Below, in pieces: positions 12,951-24,593 of a stretch of 64,000 nucleotides of DNA. The DNA is from Psammoneis japonica (Eukaryota): positions 248,001 to 312,000 of the forward strand of contig QPGO01000039.1 in assembly GCA_008632985.1 (NCBI GenBank), in the 5' to 3' direction. Within the stretch, counting starts at the first letter, position 1. The number at the start of each line of letters is the position of its first letter. A program made the translations under genes and the position numbers. The notes below the pieces were generated by a model, which was not told the origin of the DNA, made no database searches, and saw nothing but the letters and a program-made list of their open reading frames with translations.

Positions 12951-14711
12951 ACTGCTCTTTCTCCTCCATTGCACTCAGAGACACAGGTTGATGAGTTGGT
13001 CATGGGTTCTCAATGCTGCAGTTTGTGTGGCTTGCTTCTTGGTGGCAAGAAGTCCATTTCTTCTTGTGTTTTGCAACCTTTTCCTTTTCAAGAGAGCTGC
13101 TGGCATTTGCTTCCAAATCGGGAAACACAGATGCAAAATCGCCGTGATCAGGGTCACTTGGGCAAAATGTGTCACGATCAAACTTTTCATGGCTCCGTTT
13201 CATGTGGCTGCGTGAAGATCGGTGCACTTCCTTCTTGTGGTGATGATGGTCATGTCTCTCCTCTTTCTTCACAGATGGCAACCTTGATTGTGGAACAGGC
13301 TGAAATTGCTGCCAATGACACTGGACTTGGCGCTAAGACACGTGCAAATGATGGATCGTTCATGTGGGCACCGGGTGCACAGGGCACTTGCAGTTCAGAC
13401 GATCCTGGCCAAAGCAAGCAGTGCACAGGCGGTCTCCACACTGCACTGCACAGCATGAGCAGCCACCTGGTGTTTGGTCCTTCTTCACAGAGACAAGATT
13501 TGAAGATGAAGATGAAAGGGAGGAGAGAGCCTCTCTTGCACCTGGCAAAAAAAGTGTCTCTTTCAACTGCTCTTTGCACAGTCTTGTTTGGCACATGTGC
13601 CACACCAGCTTGCAAAAAAAAAAAGTGTGCAGAGGCCAGCAAAGAGCAGCTCCTTGTGTGCAGAATTCCACAGGCCCATGCCATGCATGACCCAACCTGG
13701 GACTGGAGTGTGTCTGTTTCCCCCCAAAGCCCTTCACTTTTTTGAGATGGCTTTGTCGTGGCGCAACGTGCTTGATTGAGCACATCAAGCTTGTTTCTTT
13801 CTGGCAAAAAGACATTGTGAGGCTGGTGGTGGCCTCAGAGGTGCCTTCATCTCCAGGTTAGTCCTCATGCCCCATGCTGCATTGTGAGACATCAGAGCTT
13901 TTTTTGTCATGGTGTGCCACATGATTTGCTCTGACATTTCTGTGTGCTCTCTTCTGCAGTTTTTCACCATCTTCCTTGTTTTCTTGCATTGGGGCAAAGG
14001 CTTTTGGTGCCTCAAACCTGCCAGAGAACAAAAGCACCCAGGCAAACTGGAAATGATGTGCTTTGGGTGAGGAGGAGACATCTGCACATTTGAAAAATCA
14101 TCTCTTTTTTTCTGCTGGTGATCGGTGATCACCCACGCCAGCATGGCTGTCTCAAGGAGCAGCTTTGCTGCAGAGCCTGTGTGCAGCAGAGTTCTGTGTC
14201 ACTGATGCCACATGCAGTGCAGGGCTGGTGCATCCTCTGTGCAGCAGCAGTGTGCACCCACACCAGTGGCCAGTGGCTGGCAGCTCACAGAGTCAGTCAG
14301 TCCAAGAGCACACAACAAGAGTGTGCAGCATTCGTGCCAAGGCTGTGCTGCTCATGGCTTTTCTCTTGCCAAATTGCTGCCTTGATTCTTTCATGCTGGC
14401 TGGCAGCAGGGGGGCAAGGAAGAAGGTTGTGTGTTCATTTTGGGAGCATCAGCACATGAGAGTTCCAGATGGCACAAGATGAAGCTGCCTCTCTGGGGGG
14501 GCTCCTGCTGGCACTGGGCTCAAGGCCACAAAACAACCATGGTTGTCACTTTCTCACTTTTCCAGCATTGTTGGAACAGGAACATTGATCACTGTGACTA
14601 GATCACACTCCAAGACTCCTGTGCATTCTGACACCAAGTCACGTTTTTGTGGTTGGTCACACGGAAAAATTCAAGTCAGAAGCACAAAAAACATGCCAGA
14701 GCCTGTGCCAC

Positions 14712-14872
14712 CAGTGGCGTAGAATGGTTCAGGGTGTGCACAAATTTTGCACCACAGTGGCGCATGTGATTTTTATGCAAGTTTCCACATGCGCCCAGTG
14801 GCGTAGACCCAGTGCAAAAGCAACAAATTTTTGAAGTTTTGTGGCGTACAAAGTCAGTGTGTTGTGGCGTAG
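14712..14872 (+). repeat. Array of five (CA)GTGGCGTA motifs, probable transposon subterminal repeats
   Basis: GTGGCG starts at 14714, 14757, 14798, 14841 and 14864. Confidence 0.55.
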
Positions 14873-16291
14873 ATTCGACATCAACAAGGCTTTGCGCAAC
14901 ACTCGCAACAACCAAGACACGCTCGCAAAATCTCGCTCCCACTTTTTCACACGTTGCAGCTGATGTGGTGTTGTTCATTCGTCTCACTCGTTTTCTCATC
15001 GTGGAACCTCCTGATGACACAGGGTGTCTTTCAGGCATGTGCATCGGTCTGATTGCCCCCCCTCTTTGGGCAAGAATGGGGTGTGTGGTTTGCTTCTTGA
15101 AGACACCAGACCAGCCACAAGGAGCTTGCAGTGGAGAGCTGGCAAGCAAAGCACTGGGCTGCGCCACAAGGCACTGGCTGATGGGACAGCATTGGGCAAG
15201 CACAACCACAAGCATTTTCCTGAGGGCACTTTGCACCACATGTGACAAAGCCAGAAACACGGACTGAAAAACACAGACAGAGCCAGGTTTTGCTCAACTG
15301 GCCACCCAGAATTCAAGCAGGGAGGGTGCAGCCGGAATGAAGAAGGCTGCAGGTCAATTTGAGGTCCCAGTGGGAACTTGCTTTGCATGTTTGTTGACAG
15401 CCTGCTGCAGAAGCCATGGCTGCACTGGAAATCCACAAAGGTGGCAGTGCGTGATGGGGTGGATCTCGCAAATTCTCTCAAGATTTTGTGATGCATGAGG
15501 CCAAAATTTGGGCGCAGCATCCACAGATGCTTTGGGAGAGATGCTGTGAATTTGTCAAGGCAGGCACTTCTGAAAGCATGGGTGGGGAAGGCCAGTGCTT
15601 GCTGCCAGGGATCTTTGTGAAAATCTTTTGAAGAGGATGACACTGCGTCTTCTTGATTGGAAACTTCAGAGAATTGTTTGAACACAGTGGGGCCAAACCC
15701 GCCAAAGTGTGCATTGAATTTTGGAGAACAAAGAAGACACAGATCCGCAGCAGTGGTGGCCACAAAGCTGGCAGGGCAAGGCTTGGAAAACAGGCTGCCC
15801 AAAAAGCCATGATGGGCTGGCAGCAAAACACTCCTCACAAAAGGTGCCACACAACTCCACAGTTCTCCAGCGTGCTGTGGGAGCTTTGCTGTCAAGCATG
15901 TAAAACCACAGCACCTCAAGTCACAGACAAGCTGCTTTGCAGGCAGAAGCCCAGCCAAGGGCCGCAAGTTGACAGCCCTGCAACATCTTCCCTTTTTCTC
16001 CTTTTTCCTTCTTTTCCTCTCTCTCTTCTCCTTTTTCTCCTTTTCAGTTTATTCTTCTGGGCCGCCTCCGGCGGCCACCTCTTTCATTCTTCCCACATGC
16101 CGAAATCTCGTCACAGGTGGGATCCCAGGACGCCAAGCAAATCGGACGGCGGCACTTGTTGGAACGCACATTCGATCCGCGCGATTGGCCCCTGCGCGGC
16201 GGCTTGCATGAAGAATCGATCATCAGCGGTCCCAGATTTTTCGACACACGATGGGGTGGATACCTAGTAGAAAGGGACTCTAAGAAGAAAA

Positions 16292-17908
16292 ATGGAGACG
16301 GGGGAATCTCTTCAACCTGGTGAAGTTAATGTTTCCGATTTTTCTTTGTACAAAGATTTGAGACTTCTTCTTGGAGGTGCGAGTTGGTGAAAAAATCATA
16401 AGCAAATTCCCTTTAGGTTTGCACCGCCTCATTCATTCATTCATTCATTCATTCGGTGCTTCTGTCAATTTTTAGGTTCAATCTTGATTTATGGTATTGC
16501 GGACCTCAGGGAGTTGGCACGAAAAGGCGATGTTTTTGAAGAGTCAACTGCAAACGAAATCCTCACCATTGGCAGTGAAAGCAAGCACGATCAGTTCTAC
16601 TTTGATGTGTTTGAGCAGCACAAAGACAAGGTTTTGAAACACATTGGTTCAAGAGGAACGGAATTGTACTTGGGGTCCATTGATGATGTACGCGAAGAAG
16701 CCGAAGCCGCAAGAGCTGCAGCTGCTACCCTTGAAGTGTTCGAGGACGAAAATAACACAAGTGAATGCGTGTATGCAATCGTAATGGATCGGTGAGTTGT
16801 ATGATTGTTTGCTTTACCTCCATGTTTGTGCTATCTACTTGTATGTCTCTCAATGTGTCGATGATTGATTCGCCACGGTAATTACAAGCTTTTCCAAGCG
16901 GATCGTCGTGTATTTTCGTGGATCAGGTGAGTTCCACAATGTCTACAACTAAGGATAATGTTATGACGGACGCCCTATGCTTCGACAGTCCACCACACTA
17001 ATTCTTTGTGATATGCCGCTCGTAGCAACACCACACGATTGGATGATTGACGCAACAATGACACTTAAGACTATCCCAAACCCTGTACCATCGATAGAGA
17101 AGGAGAATTGAAGATACATGGAGGTTTCCATCAATACCTTTACGGTACAACGTCAGACAGAAAGATGAGTAAATTCGACAAAATCATGGGCGAGGTTGTT
17201 GAGCTGCTACAGGAAAACCCTGGTTATCGCCTCGTTTCCGCAGGCCACAGCCTTGGTGGAGCCTTGAGTATTCTCTTTGCCTTTTCCGCAGCCGCGTCGT
17301 CGAACCCCCTCATTCCGAGCCGGTTTTGTCTGTTAGCTTTGGATCTCCTCGCGTCGGCAATGATAAATTCCGTGATGCTGTGGAGGTAAGTGTTATAACA
17401 TGGAGTCCAACCATGCGCTATGAAAGAGGTTATGTTTTTTACGAATGCATTCTAATCCTGTGATTGTTAAACCTACAAGGTGCTGGAGAAGCAACACAAA
17501 TTAGTCGTCCTCCGAGTGGCAAATCAAGGCGATCCGATCACCAATATGCCCAACGCGACAACTTTAATGTTCGGTTATCGAGTGATTCCATCTCTAAACT
17601 TTCGTCACGTGGGTCTAGAGCTCAAGCTCCGAAAAGGCAGCCCACCCTCCTTTATTCATTCTACATCGGCAGGCTCCTCGGGGATGAAGCGGACCATGAA
17701 AGACATGTACCATGATTTTCGTGATACCATTCGTTTCTTCATTTGTCCTTGTTGTGGTCGAGGATCTCCAACCTGTCATCTCTGCGGTGAATACGTCAAG
17801 CGCTTGAACGGCGAGGCCAAGAAGGATTTGAAAACCATGAGTCTGAATACTCTCAGGAGCAAAATACTCAAGAAAGAAATAGACTACAGGGAATCGATTT
17901 GTAGATAA
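16292..17908 (+). CDS. Class 3 (fungal-type) lipase, 5 exons, two apparent 1-bp frameshifts
   Basis: Motifs VYFRGS, IHGGF, GHSLGGA, FGSPRVGN (shifted frame), RVANQGDPI, FRHVG. GT-AG introns at 16377-16475, ~16792-16888, ~16927-17025, 17386-17479. Confidence 0.8.
16430..16454. repeat. (CATT)n microsatellite in lipase intron 1
   Basis: cattcattcattcattcattcattc. Confidence 0.9.
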
Positions 17909-18121
17909 AATTGAAAGAGGATGCGGATTGCGATTACGCTGTTCGAGGCAACGAAGGAGCCATAGAAGCTTCCAGTTGATCCTGGCGAGGTGGTTACACA
18001 GCGCAAGAAACCTGTCTACGGTATCCTGACGAAGCATATTAGAGATGCTTCGAGACGTTTTGGTCATTTTTAGGCGATGGGAGTGTTTGATACCTGTCTG
18101 AGGGACTGTTACTTTTTTGAG

Positions 18122-18916
18122 TTAAGTATTCTTGGTCACATCCCACGGGTCACCCGCGGCATAGGCACCGCTGACATTGAATGCCAGCGAAACCCGAGGT
18201 ACGTGTCGTCCGTTTGAGATGTGGAAGTGTCTGGAACCCCGTGCACGAGCCACGGTGGGAATATAACGACCTGGCCTTCTTTTGGCTCAATTATTACATC
18301 GTCATCGTGTTTACAAGAGCACTCTTCTGGTTTTCTCAGCACCAGAGGCGCACAACCGTCCGGAATTCTTGAGTAGTACACACCAGAAACTAGAACTCCT
18401 TCATGTACATGATCTTTATGATATGCACCGGCGCCTCTTTGAACGGCTGCCCACATGTCTATTGCAAGCGTACCTGCATCAAATCCTGCTGCAAGAGAAG
18501 GTCTGCTAATTTCTCGCAAATACCTTGCCACTGCATCAGGCAGCAGCTCGTCTTGGAGACGAACCGCTTCGGGGCAAGAAGCAATGGTCGACAAGCGGTA
18601 TCCTCGTAGGCGTTGGTGCTCAAAGAAATAATCATTGCTTGTCAATCCATCCTTCAAATGCTATTGGCATTGGTGATGAGGAGTCGTCTGGTGCTCGAGA
18701 CAAAGTTCTTCGTCTTCTCCTGTTGCCGGCTGTAGGACTGCCTGTTGCGTTGTACTGGGAAAGACTTGATTTGTGTGTGGAAAGATATTCGTCAAAGGCT
18801 TTCACGGCTGCTCGAGCAAGATTGTTGTTATATTGTGCATCCACCACGCCAGCATCTAAAAGATTCAAAGTAGCGACCGGGACGACACCCCACAACCGCT
18901 TCATAACCAACGCCAT
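18122..18916 (-). CDS. 2OG-Fe(II) oxygenase-like protein, with frame breaks at ~18660 and ~18200
   Basis: WAAV...YHKDHVHEG..VSGVYY...VIFPPWLVHGV, with the terminal RVSLAFN motif in a shifted frame. Confidence 0.75.
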
Positions 18917-19039
18917 AGCGTCGCATGTTGATGTCGGTGTCCGACCGACGAAACGCGTGTGCGATCGGAGGTGCGTATCACCCCTGCGACCCGGGGCAAA
19001 ATTGAAAATGTGAGCAGGCAATGAAGTGGTGTGGACTTC

Positions 19040-20000
19040 TCCCATTCACTTCCAACTGCGACGATGTCCAAGAATTGTAAATGCCCAACTGCATGGACAA
19101 GCTCTTGAGGGTTGAATTCATCCAATGTCGGCATTGAAGCATTGTTGCACAATGCCATCCAGAAAAGGTGGTGCTGAGTGTCCACCAGCAAGCAGCAGCC
19201 AACAACAAGTGTTCGGTCGGAGGTTTTGGCTCGCCAATTTCTGTGCTGGTTTGTCAGTGGCAGAGTCAAAAACCAAGGGCTTGAGGACCAAGCTCATCCA
19301 ATTTTTGAGCTGTGTGCAGCATGAAGAAGGGTGCTTGAGAGTGCTGCAATGGCAAGGGCTTGGAGGGTCAAACCCACCCAAGGCCCCAGTTGATGATCTC
19401 TGGCCATGGCATCAAAAAGAAACTGGAAGATGTCATTTGAACCCATCCATTTTTTGTTGGCTGATGTCAAAAAGCAGTTGGTGCAGCACCCAACAGCAGG
19501 AAGCACCTGTGCTGCACCTGTGGGTGCAAGGTGTTGGGGGCGGAACTTGCCCCATTTTGTTGAAGCCACATCGTCAAAAAGAGACAGCAATGGATGGCGT
19601 CCTGTTTTTGCAAACAACTGCAGGTCACTCAAAACAACAGAAAGACAAATGTCCAGCAGTGGCAAGAAAGACCCAAACAACATTGGCAGTTTTTGGGCAC
19701 ACCAAGTGACCCATTGTTGGAGCCAGTGTGCCACAGATCAGCACACCAAAAACTCTTTAAGTGTGCACCTCAGCTTTGCAAAAGCCTGCACAGTCTCTTT
19801 GGTGCATTTGCCAGAGCAGCAAGGAGACATTGCACTTTGCTCTGATGATGATCCACTGAGCTCCTCCACACTGTCCCAAACATCTGGTCCAAAATCCATC
19901 CTTCCAACATTTGTCAACCTTGCAAAGCTGTTTGCAACTGAGCCTGGCTGCTGTGGTGGAAAAATGCCTGCAACTTGTGCAGGATGTTGCAGCAATTTTG
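19040..20000 (-). pseudogene. Decayed helical-repeat (RAP-domain/OPR-like) protein gene in hypermutated block C
   Basis: Recurrent F-x-P-Q-x-L motifs across broken frames: KFRPQHLA, LDEFGPQAL, LDEFNPQEL; LFD..A motifs precede some of them. Confidence 0.45.
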
Positions 20001-20389
20001 TTGCGCCATTGTTGCTTTTTTGCTGCTTGGTGAGTTCACATTGCAGTGATCTGATGTGCCCAACAAAGCATGGTGTGTCCTTTGGGCTCATTTTGTTGCC
20101 ACAGCTGTCACACATGGCAAACACTTCATTTGCTCTGTCGGCAGTGCAAAAATTGGTTGGCCTCCAGCAGTGGGGTTGTTGTTGGTGTGATGTCATGTGT
20201 TGGCAAGCTCCTGTCTCATGGACCAGAGGATTGCTTTTAATGATGAGCATTTGGCTGCGAATGATCCATCTGCGTTTGATGCAAACCTGACAATCATGGT
20301 GTGTGCTAACACAAAAGACTGCAGAGCCTTCATCCTGCAGTTTGCACATGCTCTGCATGCCCTTCTTCATGAAGAAGAGACATTCAATG

Positions 20390-20735
20390 CATGTGCATGG
20401 CCCAAAGGTGTTGCAAAAGCTTGAGGGTCCTTCATGGTGAAGGTCAGGTCATCCACATGTGCTGCCATGCATTCACTGTGGTCACCGTTCTGTTGCAACC
20501 AGATTTCGGGTTCGGCGCCCACGGCAAGGGAAGAAACCTTCGGCACGCAAACAATTGGCAAAGCATTCATGCCACCTGAGGCTGGAGCTGCAGAGTCTGT
20601 GTGGGGCCTTGTGGATGACAAGGATGTGTCCTTCCAGCTCACCAAATTTGGGGCCTGCTGCAATGTACAGTTTCTCCTTGGTTGTAGATTCGCATTGGGC
20701 ATTGCCAATGTCGGTTGCCCACAGTCCCAGCTTCC
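20390..20735 (-). mobile_element. Ty1/Copia (CoDi-like) reverse transcriptase fragment, decayed
   Basis: LWATDIGNA..ESTTKEKLYIAAGPKFGELEGHILVIHKA and AEPEIWL..NGDH.EC...HVDDL (YVDD changed to HVDD). Confidence 0.85.
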
Positions 20736-21131
20736 AAGCCTGCAGACTGCTGGTTCCTTCTCAAGAGAGAATTTTTTGGCAGCTTGAGGCAGACCACGCA
20801 ACAGTGGGGTAACGGCACCACGAGTAGATGAGCTGCAAAAACCAGAATCTGTAGAGGGGATTGAGATGCGGCATTTTAAACTGAGAATTACAAAACCTCG
20901 ACTGTAACCTATTTAGATATAACGCGTAGTAGCCCGGCCGGTCAAGTCGACAAACGGCCCAACATGCGCAAATGCAATGATCTTCTTATCGGCGATGCGC
21001 GAGGCAGCTTTTGGTTGTCCCACTGCTTTTTAAAATACAACAGGCAAACAAAAAAAATGGCCTCGTGTAGATTGCCACATTCTTTTCAAAATTACAGGCA
21101 AAAACAAATGCAAGTCCATCAAGCACCACCT

Positions 21132-22247
21132 TCATTTGCACAATGAATCGTATGCGGCTGAAGTGGGTGGTTCCAAGTATCCGGCAAACATCGAATTGCC
21201 TTGACTCATGAGGTCGTCTAGTTCCGCCACGTATTCGTCGTAGCCCTCGTCTCCCGGTACCGGTTCAGGATCCATCCAGTGAATGTCACAATTTCCTCCC
21301 AACAAATTTGTCCAACGCCAACCCCAACGTGTTCCGACATGCAGGCCCACTAGATGAAACGGTGGATCGAGTTCACTGGAATACAAGCGTTGTTGAACCC
21401 GACCATAGTAAAAATCCGATGAGTCCTTTGACAAGTAGAGCAAGAATGGGTATATGGGACATTCCCTGTTGGACTGTTTGCATAATTGATACCGGGCTCT
21501 CATCACCTCGTGTGCGTCTGCTATACTGCGAAGCTCGTTTGCACCGTAGATTTGTTTGTCAAGGCCAATTATTTCTAGGGACGGAAAGTGCCCCGGGCGA
21601 ATGTGTCGTAAGTCTCCTGTTACCAAGGTTCGATCCAATCCCAATTCTTTTAAATGAGGGAAAGTTGCCATATCCATGAGATTTCCAGATATACGTTCAC
21701 ATCCCGAAAGTTCGACCGTCACCAGCGTTCTTGATAGCACCGCCAAATCGCGTAACTTCCCCGTGACTTTGCGATTGTTGATTGCCCGCAGTCGTCTCAA
21801 TCGCGACAGCGAAACAAGGTCCGACAAACTCCATACCAAGGCTTCAGCCCCTCGAATATCCAGTGTCTCCAAGTGTTGAAACGTTAGTATTTGAGGAAAC
21901 GAATTCTCTAAACGGCTTTGTGAACACGACAAGTGCTTGAGGTGAACAAAGTTTGCCGCTCTCGACAAGACTTGATCGTTCAAACTAAATTCTGCACTTT
22001 GCACAAATTTCAGAGACTCCACATTTACTAGGCACTGTGATATTTGCTCCAACCCTTCTGCTACGGAGTGTGACTGTACCGAAAGCTCGGAGATGTGCGC
22101 CTTTAAGGCTGCTTGCTTCCAGCATGATGAAACGCACCGCAAGCGCAACACCTCGGTCCAAGGCAAGCAACTCAGAACTTTACTCAAAATATCCCCATGT
22201 AGGGGATGATCCTCTTCGTGTTGAATGGTGTCAGCAGGCTGTTGCAT
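21132..22247 (-). CDS. F-box/leucine-rich-repeat protein
   Basis: N-terminal LHGDILSKVLSCLPWTEVLRLRCVSSCWKQA (F-box), then LxxLxL repeats. Single exon. Confidence 0.8.
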   Translation of the reverse strand: MQQPADTIQHEEDHPLHGDILSKVLSCLPWTEVLRLRCVSSCWKQAALKAHISELSVQSHSVAEGLEQISQCLVNVESLKFVQSAEFSLNDQVLSRAANFVHLKHLSCSQSRLENSFPQILTFQHLETLDIRGAEALVWSLSDLVSLSRLRRLRAINNRKVTGKLRDLAVLSRTLVTVELSGCERISGNLMDMATFPHLKELGLDRTLVTGDLRHIRPGHFPSLEIIGLDKQIYGANELRSIADAHEVMRARYQLCKQSNRECPIYPFLLYLSKDSSDFYYGRVQQRLYSSELDPPFHLVGLHVGTRWGWRWTNLLGGNCDIHWMDPEPVPGDEGYDEYVAELDDLMSQGNSMFAGYLEPPTSAAYDSLCK

Positions 22248-22713
22248 GTTCAATGTTGCTGGTTGTACCGATCGCTGTCACTTCTGATCGACCCGAAAGC
22301 TGATCAGCGATGGTATGACCAAACGCTTTATTGACGGTATATATTTCGTGTACTTTTCTACGCAAGACAGTATTTACACGTCAGCAAACTCGTTTTTTGG
22401 CGGGAAAATTATGAGCGCCGCTTGGGGGAGACGAGCTAGAGAGTAGATGAGCGGAACGATATCCGAGTCGGTGGTGGGTGTGTTAAAGATGACTGAACAC
22501 ATTTCCAGCCTTGTGGATCATGAAGAGAGTGTAAACAGCTTTTTCTGTGGTTCCTAACGGCACAAGATGCCACGAACCTTACTTTATCATCGTATTAGTA
22601 GTTATGATAGCTTTTAAAATTTCGAAGATACGGGCCTCATTTCGTAGATTTTGCTTTGTACAGATGCTGAAACAAGGCAAACACGCATTAGCTCTCACCG
22701 CATCGCATTCTTC

Positions 22714-24121
22714 TCATGAATTTTGTCCTTCATTTGCAGCAAGTACGGGTTTCGGCGCTTCCGCCGTGGCTGCCAACACCAAGGCTCCCAGAAATGCTCC
22801 TCCTCCCGCAAATCCACTCAGCCCCATGCTTTCTCCAATAAAGACATAATTCAAGATAGATGCCCATAATGGCTGCGACGCAAAGATTGTTTGCGCTCTC
22901 GTCGGACCTACTGCCTGCATACCGCCCACTTGCAAAAATGTCGCCAAGGCATTGACAATCAAACCACTCCAAAGTGCCGTTGGAATAAAGACGCTCCAGT
23001 TTGGCTCCGCAGACAAGTAATCCATTACATCACCACGAGCAAAGACGGCACACAAGACACAGGACAATATGGCTTGGAAACCAATCTTGATGGTGACGAG
23101 TTCGGTACGCGGTACTTCGCGACCCCAATAAAAGGTTTGAATATCATACCAGGAATAGAACAAGGCGGCTCCTACACAAAGGGCGTCACCCATTTGTACT
23201 TGTGACGCTGCCACGTCGCCAGTTCCGACGCTGTCTTGTGTAAAGGCATAGATACCGGCTAAAGCGAGTGCTACGGCCAATTGAATCTGCCTGGGAATGC
23301 GCTCTCCTCGCAAACCCTGAATGACCGGAACAATGAGCGTTGTCAATTGAAGAAAGAATGCTCCGTGATTGGCGGTTGTCAGGGAGAGACCAAAAATGTG
23401 ACATGTAGTGCCTGTCAAGGAGAAATTCAATATACAATGTTAGCAAACACATGTACCATCTCACTGCAGCTAAACTAAACACTTTTGAAACACAGCACGC
23501 ACCCAATCCCTTCCAAAAGCCAAGTTCAATACCTCCACGGAAACTCTTGGCGCTCCACTTTTCCTCATTCGTATCTGCCAGCGCCGACATGCTGTCAACA
23601 CTCTTATCCAAAAAGGGGCCACCGGCCAGCAAACCCACCAAAGCCACAACACTGACAACGGCATTCAAAAATAACGGAGGAGGTCCACTGTTTCCTTCAA
23701 ATACCACGTGCCAAACGGGTGCTAACGAAGCATTAAGCAAGGTAATAAAACCAATAATTGCAAAACCCTTTTGAAATTCGGCAGTGATTTCGTCGTCATT
23801 ATCGTCGGCAATATCATTGACGAGATTCGGCATTCCAGGTACAGTATCTGACGTGATCATTTGAGAAGAAGATTCAAGAGTTTGTTTTGGTTCAATGGTT
23901 TTTTCGACTAATGATGTAGCCGTCTCCACCCATTCTGCAGCTAAAGATTTGGTGGATTGAAACGATTTCGTACTAGACGGCGGCGTTTCATCTTTTTTCA
24001 TCAACGACATGACAGTGTGAACGCCGCCATGACCATGACGTCGGCTTGTCGGTGCAAAGGCATGACCTCCGGCGAGCATCAACGCCAGGAGGATAGCGGT
24101 TTGTGTAGTGGCACACTTCAT
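22714..24121 (-). CDS. EamA/DMT-family transporter with signal peptide plus AFAP plastid-type presequence; intron 23412-23502
   Basis: GGIELGFWKGLG|TTCHIFGLSLTTANHGAFFLQLTTLIVP, VGPTRAQTIFASQPLWA, multiple TMs. Confidence 0.85.
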
Positions 24122-24593
24122 CGTAAAAATCAGGAAAAAGACGAGTTTGAAGAGTGGTCAAGATTTATGATTGCTCTTTGAAGCGAAATGTTGATTTCTT
24201 CTACAAAAAGCCGACTGAAAGCGCCACGGATTCTTTTTGCGTTTGAGAATTTTGTGAGCAGAATTCTCATCCGTGTGAACACGTGTTTCGAACATTAAAT
24301 TGTACTTGTTGCTGAATATCGAAAATACCCCCCATCCGCCACCACGTCACTCACGCCTTCTGTCCTTCTGTCACCGCGGGCGGGGCATTCCGGAATACCG
24401 CGGTAGCTCTATTCTATCTAGGCCATAGTCTAGACTCTAGTGGCTAGAGTAGAGTAGAGCGCTACAGTGGGCACTCATCATATGCTTTTCTTTTTAAGGA
24501 GCTTGCTGCAAATTAGATACCAGGTATGGAGTTTAGGGGAGCTTTTGTGTAGTCAATGATTCAATCATCCCGTGAGAGCACATTTCTTGTTCG

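Larger units (their letters stand above)
8450..15960. other. Hypermutated block B (TpA nearly absent, CpG reduced, TG/CA rich); several decayed genes and elements
   Basis: No TA dinucleotide seen in 10406-12021 or 12024-12902. ORFs are Cys/His/Gln-rich and essentially lack Tyr. Confidence 0.9.

Noticed and set aside
8450..15960. Dense overlapping Cys/His-rich ORFs in all six frames as novel metal-binding proteins
   Set aside because: They are a by-product of TA loss, which removes TAA/TAG stops, and of TG/CA gain. The same applies to the other blocks.
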